Of a stretch of DNA of 64,000 nucleotides, positions 49,717 through 62,247 are shown in pieces. The position numbers were made by a program, and so were the translations under genes. Source of the stretch: Chlorokybus atmophyticus (lineage: Eukaryota; Plantae; Mesostigma and Chlorokybus algae); contig RHPI01001819.1 in assembly GCA_009103225.1 (NCBI GenBank), positions 62,001-126,000 on the forward strand. Reading direction: 5' to 3'. How positions within the stretch are numbered: position 1 is the stretch's first letter; each line of letters starts with the position of its first letter. Under the pieces are notes generated by a model that was given only the letters and a program-made list of their open reading frames with translations, made no database searches and had not been told where the DNA came from.

Positions 49717-50307
49717 TGTCGTGCCTATTGCCTGCGCATACCAGCCTTCCTCGAGCATGCCTACATCGAAACAATCGCCCGGCCAACCAGGATACCAACA
49801 AGCGCACGTCACTAACCAGTAGCTAGGTCATGACTCTAAAGTAGCTCACGACAATAGCCTACATAGGCACCGCGCGTAGCTGTTCGGTTGTGAGTTCAGA
49901 TATAAATTGTGTTCCATGTCGAGTGGTGATTGCTGTGGAAATAGCCTCGTTATGACCGTTGACTTATGTTCTGAACAGGCATGATTTGACTTGTATGTGT
50001 AGTCACGGTGTTCACCGGATCAGCTGGTGACACTGTGAGTGAGAAAGCTAAGAGCTTGTGAAGCGACTTGAACTGCGAACACGCCATCCCGGTTACCAAG
50101 AAATCCCTCACTGTGTGAGAGCCTGTGCATGCTCGTGCATCGTGCTTGCCATTGCTGTGAGCCTGGTGTGTCTGGTTGCAGTGTGCTTGCTGGCATCAGT
50201 TAGGGCATAGTATCCACGTGTTGCTTGCTCATTCACCTCACTTAACAGAGTAACACATTTTCCACTCATGCAAAGAACTGTGTAAACAGCACTACCTATA
50301 GTAGTGG
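49717..50307 (+). repeat. Candidate 3' LTR (repeat X) of the DNMT-Gypsy, truncated
   Basis: Direct repeat of 18208-18805. Confidence 0.65.
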
Positions 50308-50309
50308 CT

Positions 50310-50952
50310 TGTCGACTGTGTGTCCTACAGCACAGCATGTACACAAAGGAGGACACCGCCTCCACATATCCGTGGTATTTAGCGACAACGGAGTGTTGAC
50401 ATACACACGTGCAAGTGACACGCCAACAACATCAACACAAGAGCATAACTGCTATTGCCATTGATGCCATACAAGTCCAGGGGTTTTATACCCCGCCAGT
50501 TTCTACACACGTCTACATTTGCAAGCACCGCGTGCACAATACTCAGCCTTGTAACGCGCTCTAAGTTGCGCTATTTAGCTCACGACCAGAGCTTCCAACA
50601 AGCTAAGCCACGCCTGCTAAGCTTACGTATCCACAAAGCTACGCGGTTTCTCCCAACGCTCCACTCAGCATCTGGTCCGGAGTCCGTCCTGGCTCGACCG
50701 TCTTGCTAAGTCCGGTCCACGTGCTCAGCCCATACCTTTAACTCTCGACTCCTGTGTGGAGGGCAAGCTGACCGGATACAAGCATCACCCATGTGATACC
50801 TTCAACACGGAGCACCTCCACCAAGCACTCCTCGCCATACGAGCTGGGTTATCTTTTACTTTTGCTACATGTTACAACATGTTGCAGCAACAGGGCTAGC
50901 AAGCATGTCTTTCCCTGCAGCGGCTCGAGACAGCGTGACCCTCGACCCGACA
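50310..50952 (+). mobile_element. Solo LTR-like sequence, family A (643 bp)
   Basis: TGTCG...CGACA inverted termini; no matching TSD found. Confidence 0.7.
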
Positions 50953-51419
50953 CGGGCGAGGGGAGTGTGGTGTGGTACAATGACGGAGTCCATCATCTCT
51001 GCTTGAAAAGCACTGGCATTTGCCTCATGGCAACGACCATCGCTGCGGGCTCCAGCAATGATGATGCGCGGGTGGTGCGAGACGAGAGGGGGCGGGGAAG
51101 GCGGCAGCTGGCGGCAATGCTGAGGAAGCAGTGGCTGCTGAAGACGCACAGTTGGCGACAGATGCTGCTGGATTTGCCCCCCACCGGCCTCCTCATCTAC
51201 GCCAACTGAAAGTCGCACTACACCCACCATCCCGCCCAATCGATGCATGTATGATATCATCAACTTCTCACATAACGCCCACACGGCCTTTCAGGTGCTG
51301 AACACAACAGACACACATATGCCTGCATGACCACACACACATACATGCACACGTACGCGCACAAGTGTGCACACGTTCACAAGTACACGCGCGCACATAC
51401 GTGCGTGAGCTCACAATAC

Positions 51420-54400
51420 CACACTGCTTGACGTCAAAGTACCAAGAATGGTCCGTACCTTCGGACGCGCATGATTCCAACCAAGTGAATTCTGTGGACC
51501 AACAATGGTCCGACCGTCATTAATAGTCGGACCATGTATGGTTTCAACCTCATGTGAACGCAACTAAGATATTCACGAGTCGCACGATGTATGGCCCGCT
51601 GAATTTCGCTGGCGTCAGGACAAGGTAGCATCCGGGCAGCGGAGTAGGGGCCAAATTATAAAAGTTTGATAAATTCAAAAAATCGCGGGTCCGGCCAGGC
51701 GGACAACAAACCGAAACATTTATAACTATTACATTCAAGAGGATATCTTTTTTAAAAGTGGCTTGATCTCATGCTGACGGCACCGGTCACGCTGCGTGAC
51801 TAACGCACATACTGCGCATGAGGCCGCGGCGTTTTTAAATGATTAGGCAAGAACACAAGCATTGACAAGGATTTTAACATGCGATTTCTAGCAGTATATG
51901 TACGTATATGTACATATATATGTATATATACATATATATATACATGTACACACATATATATATTGATATTAATATTTATATATATATATATATGTGTATA
52001 TGTGTTTTCGCCAAGCCCACTCGAGGGGGAAGTGTATTAAAGAGATGGACAGGTTGGGCAAGCAACTAGCTAGGCCCAATAGAACTCACAAGGGCTACAA
52101 GGCTAGCAATGTTAGCAGTGTTATAAAAGTTAGATACACATTCATGATGCATATAAAGGTAGTAAGCAGGAACTAGCTAGGGCAAGGGAGGAGAAGACGG
52201 TGGAGGAAGAGGGTAAGGGTAATAAGAGAGAAACATGGGAAGAAGATTAGATAAGGAGCACGAGCACAATGTGGAGTTCGCTCCCCAAGAGGAGGCGAAG
52301 GTGAGGAAGGCCTAATGGCGTTTGTCATAAAGCAGAGGAGTGGAGCACACCCTGCGCCACTCCTCCCGAAGGGTTCTGTGGATGTTCGAAGATTGGCGTC
52401 TCAGTGCGTCATAGGAAATCGGCGTCTCCTACCCGTAGCGGATGGCACACCTGACAGCCCATAGCTGCCGTAGAGTCAGAGGCCTACAGAGGGACCACAT
52501 GACAAAAAGGGAGCTGGGGCGAACTGGGGCACCAACACCAAAAAGGAGTAAGACAGGTGAGAGGTCAATGCGAGAGCAGCCCATGAGCGAGAGCAAGCCC
52601 GAGAGCCAAGCCCAAATAGCTAAGGCAAAGTTGCAGGAAATAAAGAGATGGAGGTGACCTTCCTCCTCCACTGTGTCACGGGAAAGGCAAGTTGAAGGCA
52701 AGCCCATGTGCTTAAGACGATCCCCCGTCAAGAGGGCCTTGAGAGCGAGGAGCCACAGTAAGGAGCGGTGTTTATCGTTGACAGGAAGGGTGTGCAGCGA
52801 TTTCCACACCCTCCGCCAGAGGATGGAGGGTGAAGGAGGAGCTCAGCGTGTGCAGGCTCGGCCTGGTGAGCGCAGAGAGGAGGCGCGTTGAAGCCAGTAG
52901 CCGTGCCTGGGGGCATAATCTCAGAGTGAGAACCGAGAGAGCCTGCCTGGCGCTGCACAAGGCTAGCCTGGGAGGAGCGGGTCGATTGCTGAAGATTGGT
53001 AAGGGGACAACCTCCAGCCAGGACCTAACCTGTGTATGGAACGCCCTGCTCCTGGTCCAGCCAGGCCGGGCTGCCTATTACCTGCTTGCCATGCCACCGA
53101 GCTAGTGGAGGCCGTACTTGGACGCGTTGCAGCTGGGAGGAGAGGAGCGACACGCCCGTGGTGGGAGAAGACAACTTCGTGCCTTCAGCTCCAGCTTAGC
53201 TGAAGGACACCCCCGTACACATGGGGAAGGAGCAGTCTGTGACCAGCAGCACCGTGCGAAAGGTGCCATCGCTGCCCGAGGGGGGCCCACCACTTGGGAG
53301 GCTGGGGAAGAAGAGAACTTGCAGCGAGCAACTCCTTCCTCAACGGAGGGATGGCCTGTTAAAGGGAGGCTAACGTTGTGAAGGTGTTGGTCGGGGCATA
53401 ATGAGCAAGAAGCGCGGGAGGGTAGGGAAGGCGATGAAGGCCGTCCCACAAGTCACACACCCGCTGAAAGGCGGAGGCTGCCCACTCACAATAGCGTGTT
53501 TGGCTGCTCCCAGTACCTAGGGGTTTGGCATCAGGAAGCATAGTAGCAGGGTTGAAGCACCAAGGCTGGCGCAGCACCTCCTTATAAGAAAGGGGGGGGG
53601 GGGGGGGGGGGGGGCTCTGTTCACATGCATAGTGTACTCGCAAAACTTTCTCATAGGCCGCAGTGAACATTGCAGCCNAGTGTAGAAGGCCACCTAATGG
53701 CTCCACTGCTAAAACAAACAGAAAAAGAGCTAACGGGGTACAAAAAAATATATATATACTCTTTATGTACATGTGTGCGTACGATGTCATTTGACATGCA
53801 CAATGCATGCAAATATTAAACATGCATATATATATATATAAAACATATAACATTAGCAGTAGCATCGCAGCGTCAGCCTTTTATCGGCTCGTAATGAAGC
53901 AACTGCGTAGTTGAGGGATGTTAACAAGTTTGTCGTGCCACAAAGGGCTGTCATAGTACTCAAAAGCTGCCTGTGTCATTACTACAAGATATATAGTATA
54001 GCGCGTGTGAATATACAATATTACGTAACACATAAACATACTAGGTTTTTAATTTTTGTATGTTCAAAAATGGCATATACACGGCGGTTCACAAAATGAT
54101 GCGCACGGCGAAAGTTATGCATACAGTTTATATTACATTGTGCAATGACACTTGTATATGACGTATATGTACAGACATACATCAATGCATGTCACATACA
54201 TTAATGCATGTCACAAGAACATGTCGATATATTCGCAACTTCGTGCACATGCAATCGTGATAATTATGATAATTGCACCTATAGCCCCGCTTAGTAATTG
54301 ATAACTGACAGCCCGGCTGTCAGTTAGCCGCCGATCATTTGCGGCTGTTTACCTGTCGGTGAGCATTCTCCGACAGTCGGGGCGGCCTGTTAATAAGTTC

Positions 54401-54712
54401 ACAGACCTGTACAGAGCAGCAAAGTCACTGGTCCGTGCCGCACCAGATGTGGTACCGAACGGACCGAGTACGGTGCGCGACAGGAGGACCGCAAGGCCGC
54501 GGGACCTTACCTTGTTTAGATCCAAACCAGCGAGGCATGAATGGTGCGGCACGGCCCATTTCTGGTACGCGCCAGGCATTGGGGTCCTGAACGGACCAGA
54601 AACGGTCCATCCCCCGCGGACCACGCAGTCCTGGCTCGCGAGGGCCGGACCATGCGTGGTCCGCGGGGTCCGTGAAAGAACCATACCTGGTCCCGGAACA
54701 TCAAGCCGTGTG
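51420..54712. mobile_element. Non-autonomous or composite derivative of the CACAC element
   Basis: Left end CACACTGCTTGACGTCAAAGTACCAAGAATGGTCC resembles 28340; right end GAACCATACCTGGTCCCGGAACATCAAGCCGTGTG resembles 43750-43785; flanks TAC and TTG do not form a TSD. Confidence 0.65.
52050..53745 (-). mobile_element. L1-like LINE 3' fragment with internal deletion
   Basis: RT remnant PLALFLFVLAVEPL (~53700-53745), post-RT EVLRQPWCFNP...DLW, and zf-RVT-like MWKSLHTLPV...LLTGDRL...HLFISCNFALAIW (52429..52809). Confidence 0.8.
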
Positions 54713-57700
54713 TTGCGGCTCTTTCCGTCATGCAGCATCCTTCAGAGGGCGCTACAACGCTATTCAACTGCTGCACTGCAGGTGAGCAGAAGGGGAAGGG
54801 GAAGGAAGGGCGAGGGGGAGGATATGTGCGCATACGCATGCGCATGTGCAAGTGCACGCACACAAGCAGACGCGTGCAAGCATGCATGTGCACCTCATCA
54901 CGAACGCATGCACGTACACAAACGTATGTGCTTTGCTAACATACAATTAGCCTACAGCACCTAGCTCATAGGCCGCACTGAACAGTGAGGCCTATGAGTC
55001 AGTGTACACTACGTATGTCACCAGGTGTCCCCCCCCCTCCCCCATCCCCTACCCTCTCTAGAGGAATGCGCGCACCCACACGCGCATACAAGCATGCACG
55101 CACGCGCATGTGAACGCGAGCATGTGCATTCTCACGCGCAGGTACGGACTGCCCCCAACCTGGCTGATCTATCAGCTCAAGCAACTGCCTCATAGGCTGC
55201 ACTGGACAATGTAGCCTATGAGGTAGTTGCTATAGGCGGCTCACAGACAGCACTGACTAGTGCAGGTAATGAAAAAGTTCGGCGTGAACGCTATGCATGT
55301 GAACAAATTTCCCCCCCCGTCCTTAACAAGCCACGCACACGCACACGAACACGCACAGGGATGCGCGCAGGTATGTGCATGCTCACATCCACACGCGTGC
55401 GCANCATAATGGACGGAGCCGGACATAAACTGCGGATTCCGTAAATTTTACAGCAAATATGTATATTCATAAGATTGTAGCTAAAATATAATTACAACCT
55501 GTCATAAATGGTGACAATCGTAAGCACATAATCCTCAACAACGTTTTGAGGATTTGGCGTTAACGTAGTTAAAGGTTTGAGTTGTGAGAAAGGCGTACGT
55601 ATATCGTGATTACAGCTGTAACCAAATCATCTACAATGCGACCATACTCTCCAATGCAATTGAGAACGCGGCGAAAATACGAAATGCATTGACGCTGCAT
55701 GCTAAAGCTATACGCGTAATAATTTACGTTGTGGTTGGGTCCGTCAATTGTACGAGAATGTATATTTTACAAGGTATGTGGTAAAATCAATACTTTGGAC
55801 TGTTACAAACTCCAATGATTTCACGACCTCATCATTGCCAAGTTCAACCCCGCGGCCTGCTAGTAGCAGGCCGCGGGGCAAGCAAATACATGTAGAAGGC
55901 TGCTGCTTGCATGTGTTATGATTATATAGTACTAGCACATCAGTTAAAATCTTTCCCAACTCACTGCAAACAACCTTGGGGTGGAAACAGGTGACGCAGG
56001 GAACATAATGCAAACATCTGCCGGTAAGCCCTGCAATTGGACGGGACGGCAGGTCTAACACATTCTTCATCCTCAAGTCACCCACCATACTATAATTCTC
56101 CTCATGATTATGTTATAACAACAAAAATATCGGTACCGATAGCCGTATATATAAATATATATATATATATTTACACTTGAATGCATATATATAAACACAA
56201 ATATACATATATACATGTGTACATACATATATATATGTATATATATGTATATATACATACATATATGTATAGATGTATATACACATACATATATATAAAT
56301 ATATGTATGTATAGTTGTGTGCGTACTGTATGCAACTGCAATAACATATCAGTATCGGTAGCCGTGTATATATAAATACACGTGTATATATATATGTATG
56401 TATATAACTTTACACATATACACATGTTTAGTGTATGCAATTGTTGGTGCATGCGTTGCGTAATCCATGCAATTCAACACTTCTGGCGGCACTTGAGACA
56501 ATTGAGGCAGCTGCTGTGTAGGATATAATATGTACAACCGCGTTGCAGAGTGTTTTGTCGTCGTAGCCTAGTTGGTCATAGTCCAGGTTATAGGTTGTTG
56601 CGTGCTGATCTGACAGGCATGTTCGCGCAGGCTCCAAACTCGGCAATGAAGTTGCAAGGCCCCCTGCGTTGCGACTTTTGGGGTATTTGCCGCAGCTGCG
56701 GTCATAATATTTTTAGTTAGATCACGCATTGAAATTGATCCCCTTAATACATGATTTAACCAAACAATAATACAGGATGTGGCCATTACTAAGTTCAAGA
56801 AAAAACGGATATCAAACTTAATGCACACCAACTACTTGACCTTAATGGCAGTTTGATATTGAACTAAGTTTTGGCTGCAGCAGGAAAAAATGCAAAACTC
56901 GTTACGCTGCTCACATATAGATCCCTAATTAAGTTGTAGCTAGATCTTCATTAAGAGGGCAAAGCCGAACTGTTGGGGCGCCATTTTCTACCGATGCATG
57001 CGCGCGGGTATGTGCATGCTCACACCCACGCACGCGTGCGCAGATACGCGGACTGCCCGCCAAGCTGGCATTGAGGTTGTAGCGCACGGTTGCCAAGTAG
57101 GCAGTGCGTATGCAAGCACTATCTCGCCGTCGGTGCCCTCCAACATATTGAAGGTGTGATGAGTATCACAAGCGGTGTTTGTGCACATCTGTATGCGTGT
57201 TGTGCTTAGGCGTGTGTACACGCTACTTTTTAAGCGCGTATACACACATGCAATTCAAGACACATGTGCCTAAAACCGTCACTGCACAGGTGGCGCGGCG
57301 CGTCAATGTGGTGGGGCGAGCCCAATGCTGCAGCTCTGCTTAGGCGGGACTAGGACTGGGGCCCCCCGGTGCGCTGCAAAGTGAGCGGAGGAGTAGGGGG
57401 GGGGGGGGGGGGGGGNTGCATTTGCGCTTGCTGCGAATGTAGACGCGCATAAGCATATCCAAGCAATAGCACACGCACATGCGCATGTGCTGGCGCATGG
57501 ATATGCAAGTACCCACGTTTTCTTCATGAGACACGCACATTTAGACATGTAGTGAATGAGCTTCATTCAACACGTGTATAGTGCAGCCTATGAAGATGTT
57601 GCCATAGACTGCCTGCTTATAGGCTGCACTAGACAGAGCAGCTTATAGGCAGTTGATGTAGTAGGGCGTGAAGACGGCACTGACTTGTGCTGCATATGCG

Positions 57701-58800
57701 CGTGGTTTGGCCATTTTGGTGTCTGTTTATTTGTTTGTGTCTAGCAAACAACGACATGCAGCAATGCAACAAGACCGAAGCATGCATATAATATATAAAT
57801 GCCGCATGTGACACATACTTACTCATGTGTGAGCATTCTTTATACAACCGTGCAGCTGTTGGAGCAAGTGCCTTTCTTACACTATTGCAGCGCATGCACG
57901 GGCAGTACCCGCAAGGAGTGTTTATTTTCAATATATTTAGAGAGACCCATGCATATGATGCGCGTGCATGCATGCATATGCGTGTTCGTGCTTGCGTGTG
58001 CGGCTCTTAACCGCTTCACATGTACATGCGTACATGTGCTCACTCACCTGTCCCCTACAGAAACATTGCCAGCCGGCCGCAGGATGCTTGCCCAGGATGT
58101 TGCGCAGGCTAGTAGCGCGCTGGTGATTTAATGCTGCTTGGTGTCCCCTCCCACCGTTGGTCCTTTCCAGTTCGCGCGCGCGGCGGGGGGAGGNNNNNNN
58201 NGACGCTGTTGCTCTTTGGAGGGCGCAAGACTGCCTGTGGGGCCTGCTGCAACAACGTGCACAGTTAAACAATAGGTGAGCAAAGGGGGAAGGGGAGGGA
58301 AGGGCGGGTATGTGCGCGCATACATGCACACGCACGCGTATGGGCAGGTGCGCCGACCCAAGCTGGAGATCAACACCCCGTTGCTGAGAAGAGAGAGGTT
58401 TGGTCACGGCTCAATGCAAGCACTACCTCACCCATGCTTCAAGATGCACCGAGTATGCGTGTGCGTCGCGTAAGACATTGCTTATTTGTAATTGTGCACG
58501 CACACTTGCAAATGGGCTCATGAACCACATTATTCGCGCAGGCATACGCATGCATGCACGCAAGTGTTCGTTGTCACACATGCATGCACGTGCACACACA
58601 CTTGTTGGCTACTAGCTATCATAGGCTACACTATGCGGTGCAGCCTATGAGGCAGGCTGATTGGTTATCGTTGGCTCATGAGCGCACCGCACTGAGCGGG
58701 GCCACGCAGTACATCCAATTAACAACATTAAAAAAATATAGGCGGCTGTCTGGAAGCGCCAGCTGCATAGACGGGCTTACATACATGTATGTGCCCGCAA
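54713..58800. repeat. Low-complexity repeat zone with ATAGGCTGCAC hairpins, TGCA/CA-rich tracts and G-runs
   Basis: Hairpins at 54965-54998, 55181-55230, 57580-57635 and 58619-58650; 54713-55000 resembles 57995-58400. Confidence 0.65.
55410..56990. repeat. AT-rich dispersed repeat family, copy 2
   Basis: Colinear with 16645-17830; contains a (TA)-rich expansion at 56130-56430 matching the shorter one at 17190-17265. Confidence 0.85.
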
Positions 58801-59329
58801 GCACCTACTTCTTTGCACGCACACAGACATCAACAATTGCTAACACTAGCACCCATGCACTAATAGTTACACGCACGTGCAGACCTCGTAGCTAAGGTGT
58901 GGCAGCATGAACATATGGTGAGGAGCGGCCAATACACCATGCAACAGATACCAACATGTGATGCAATACTTGTGCATGACTGTCTTGTTTGCATGTGTAT
59001 GTGCAGTATTTGTTTAATGTTAAGCAGGTAACAGTTCCGTTGGTTGGCAGTAGTAGTAGTAGTAAGGGGGGCTTTTATTATGGTTGTTGTTGCTTAATGC
59101 AAAGCAAGGATTATGAAACATCTGTGCATATTTGCTGCGATGTGAGTTGTAGGTAATAAATGTTGCTGGGTGCAAATGCCATTGGATGCATCATAAGATA
59201 ACCAAGTGGTTGATTGTTACAAGGCATCATCAAGAGCCCATCATGTATTTATGGCCTACTCTATTACTGGTCTACTTTCTCTACTATAATCTGCAACTCG
59301 ACGATACTACTTCAAACTCAGGATCACCA

Positions 59330-59754
59330 CGCCGCTGGCCTGGTCAAGCTGGCTTGGCCAATACCAGGCCAGTTTGGCCAGGCTAGCGGCGTGGCCTGGT
59401 GCTCTTGGTATAGAGCACCAGGCCGCCCGCCAGGCCACCAGCAGCGGCCAACTGCGGTCAGCTGCGGCTTAATTTGCCGCAGCTGACCGCAGTTAGCCGC
59501 CAAAGCACAGTTGATAAGTGGCTTACTGACGATGTCGGACCGATGATGGTCCGTAAGCGCCCCTTATCAAGGACCATATATGGTCCGACTGAAGCCGGTT
59601 TTTGACCGGGACCAGCCCTGGTTCGATTTTCGGGGGTCAGTGGGACAACTACGTACTGTTTAAATCAGCCCTGGTCCCCGCGTGCAGACCAAGGCGGGGG
59701 ACCCTGGTCCGTACGTGCGGACCAGGGCCTGGTCCGTGGAAATGATTTCGTGTG
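59330..59754. mobile_element. Short CACAC-type terminal relic with hairpin cluster
   Basis: GGACC...GGTCC repeats ending GATTTCGTGTG at 59754; three stem-loops at 59330-59500. Confidence 0.55.
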
Positions 59755-60499
59755 ACATGGTTGTCATTGTGTCCCACACTTACACAAACAACGTCGATAT
59801 AGGCTACCAATACGTGACTGCAAATGTCAACTTGTCTCACGCGCACTGCTGCCCAAGTTTACACATTGTTGTCTTTGGATCATGAAACAGATAGAAATCA
59901 TGTAAGACATACAAACGACTTCAGTTTATGATGCCATCTTATAGTCAGCATGCAGCATGCACATACAAACTGCATGCTTGCTTGAACGCATATACATTGT
60001 TTCGAAGATTGGTTGCCAAGCCAGTCTTAAACGACTTCTATCCAAGCAAGTGTAAGCCACATAGAGATGAGTTGCAGGTGTGCTCTGGTGCGTGCGTCCT
60101 TTATTGCATGTGCCTTAAAATTGGACAACAATGGTGTTGTAGATGGACATCCAAAGATGCTAGCGTGAGCCTTTTGGGACTGAATATCAGCACATCGCAT
60201 CCACTTGAGACGTCTTGCAGCAAGACTCTTGCTGCAGCAAGCAACTTTGTAGTGGTGGGCGGCAATGTCAATAAGCTCAGTAGTGCTACACGCCGCCGAC
60301 AATGCTGAGCTGCACAGCTTGTGGGCGTGGTGACGTAACAGCCCTCCTGCTCCCGTTGTAACAAGGTTTTCCATTGGCTAGTAATTGCGGGGCGACACAA
60401 CTGGACGCATTATGCACTGTGCACAAGGCAGAAGAATGAATATACTATACGGTTGCCAATTGGCGGTTGTGGTGTGTAGTGTTTAATGCTACCCTACTC

Positions 60500-61140
60500 A
60501 AACACAATTATACAGTGGGCTGAAAACGAGCAACGTCCTCAAGCGCTACATGCTGTCTATGAGTACACGCAAAGAGGGGGCTGCATGCACTGCAGCTGCA
60601 GCTACACTCATAATGGCTATGGCATGTACGCTATGGGACATAACAGATATGCGCTGGCGAAAGGCAGCTATCAAGCGTGATAGATACCGCGTCTCCAACT
60701 CGTAAGCATCCAACGCTCGGGGCGCACAAGTGGCCAACAAGTTTATGAATGGGCGACCCATTCAACCGTGTGACGCGATTGCCAACGGGATCAGCATCCG
60801 TTAAGAAACGGTCCGAGTACTTGGAGTGCTTCCCGCGCTCCGCACTCTGTGCAGCCAATCCCGCTTGGTAGTGGCTGTCGGTGATGGTGATGTCGAGCAG
60901 CATGCGCGAGTCTTGACTCCACTCCAAAGCAACGATGTTCATACAACGTCCCTGTCGCTCACCCTCTCGCACAAACAGTACCCCTGTCTGCTCGCAGCGG
61001 ATGGTGTAGCTCGCCTCTTGCATGCCACCAGCAACAGCGTCGCGCACAGCATCGTGTGTCACAAATGCTAAAAAGGGTGGCTTGCGCGCTTGCGTATAAG
61101 CCCAGCCCGCCTCTTCGTGTGAGCAGCATGAAACCCTAAG
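60500..61140 (-). mobile_element. Non-LTR retrotransposon 3' fragment with restriction-like (PD-D/ExK) endonuclease domain
   Basis: HDAVRDAV...YTIRCEQ...RCMNIV...LLDITIT...AERGKHSKY, then GRPFINLLA...FRQRISVMSHSVHAIAI, the typical RLE C-terminal pattern; frameshifted. Confidence 0.75.
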
Positions 61141-62208
61141 TAACGGTGTGCAAACATGCACAGGGGGGGGGGGGGGGGGGGGNCATAATGCCGCTCACAA
61201 ATCTCGAGAACTTTCACTAAAATCAGCATCATGCCGCTCTGTCAGCAAGATGCTTCCATGTGTATTACGTCAGAGCCTCACATCGCAGTACAAGTTGTGA
61301 AGGGCAAATTGCAACTAAAAGTGATCCCTAACTCAACACGGGCTTGAACGCCCTTTTCGACCACAGCATCAAGTGCAAGGGTATGCCATAGCTTAAACTT
61401 GTCGCATCAACTGTTGACAATTCGCTGACAATTGCCTCCGCACACTCTTTACCTTATATTATTCGTCCCATAGGCCCTCTTCGAGAACAACAGCAGCTAC
61501 TTGGGCAAGACCAAGAATATGTCCTTGCGGTGTCATTGTCTGCGCAGCGGGCTTATTGCATTTGTACAACACCATCAGCATCAACACCTTTGATTGTGAC
61601 GGTCTTGAAACACTCACTCGGGATGATGTGACCTGCGCCCAGCTCATGCGTGTGGGTGTACAGCAAAGCTAACAGCTATTAGCTTAAAGCTTAGCAGCAG
61701 TATACTTAAAGGTCTCTTCTCAACAGAGGCTGCGGCACGGCGGATGGGTGACGCTAAGCTGCTTAACGCTCGTGACATCAGTCACTCGAGACGCCCTGAC
61801 GCTGCTGCTGACAGGTTGCGCGCTTATGCTCAGCTTTCCCCAAGAATGCAAAACAGTGCAGATATAACTCAAGTCGGCAGCGCTCCGTATGCCGCATCAC
61901 CACCGTCTGCCTCCTCCTAGTCATCGCAGCGCTGGCAACCATGCATTGTCGTGGCGGCACTGGCTGTAACATTGGCATGGGCATGCTGCTGCTGCTGGTG
62001 GGGTTGCTGCTGGTGTCGTCCGTTGCTGCGCAGGTATCTACTAGCGAGAACTACTTTTTCGGCGGCACCATCAGCTGGAGGCGGGACGCGCGCCAAGGCG
62101 CAAGACTATACGACGCCATTGTCACAGCCACGGTCGCCTACGAGCGTCTGTAAGCGTGTTTTTATGGCATAAAAACATACAGGCTTACATCATGTGTGCT
62201 GTTCGTGT

Positions 62209-62209
<1 letters not shown>

Positions 62210-62246
<37 letters not shown>

Positions 62247-62247
62247 G
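62210..62247. repeat. (GTT)n microsatellite in an intron
   Basis: Direct observation. Confidence 0.95.

Larger units (their letters stand above)
18208..50307 (+). mobile_element. Ty3/Gypsy retrotransposon carrying a DNA cytosine methyltransferase and a PHD finger, ~10.7 kb once two nested insertions are removed
   Basis: TSDs ATAAG and CAA link 18208-21966, 27947-28339 and 43786-50307 as one pre-insertion sequence; direct repeats 18208-18805 and 49717-50307; gag zinc knuckles, PR, DNMT, RT, RH, IN, PHD in order; PPT-like AGGGGGGG at 49472. Confidence 0.82.

Noticed and set aside
59928-60400. Host gene exon in ORFs 60027..60374 or 59928..60308
   Set aside because: No recognisable motif or supported splice context.
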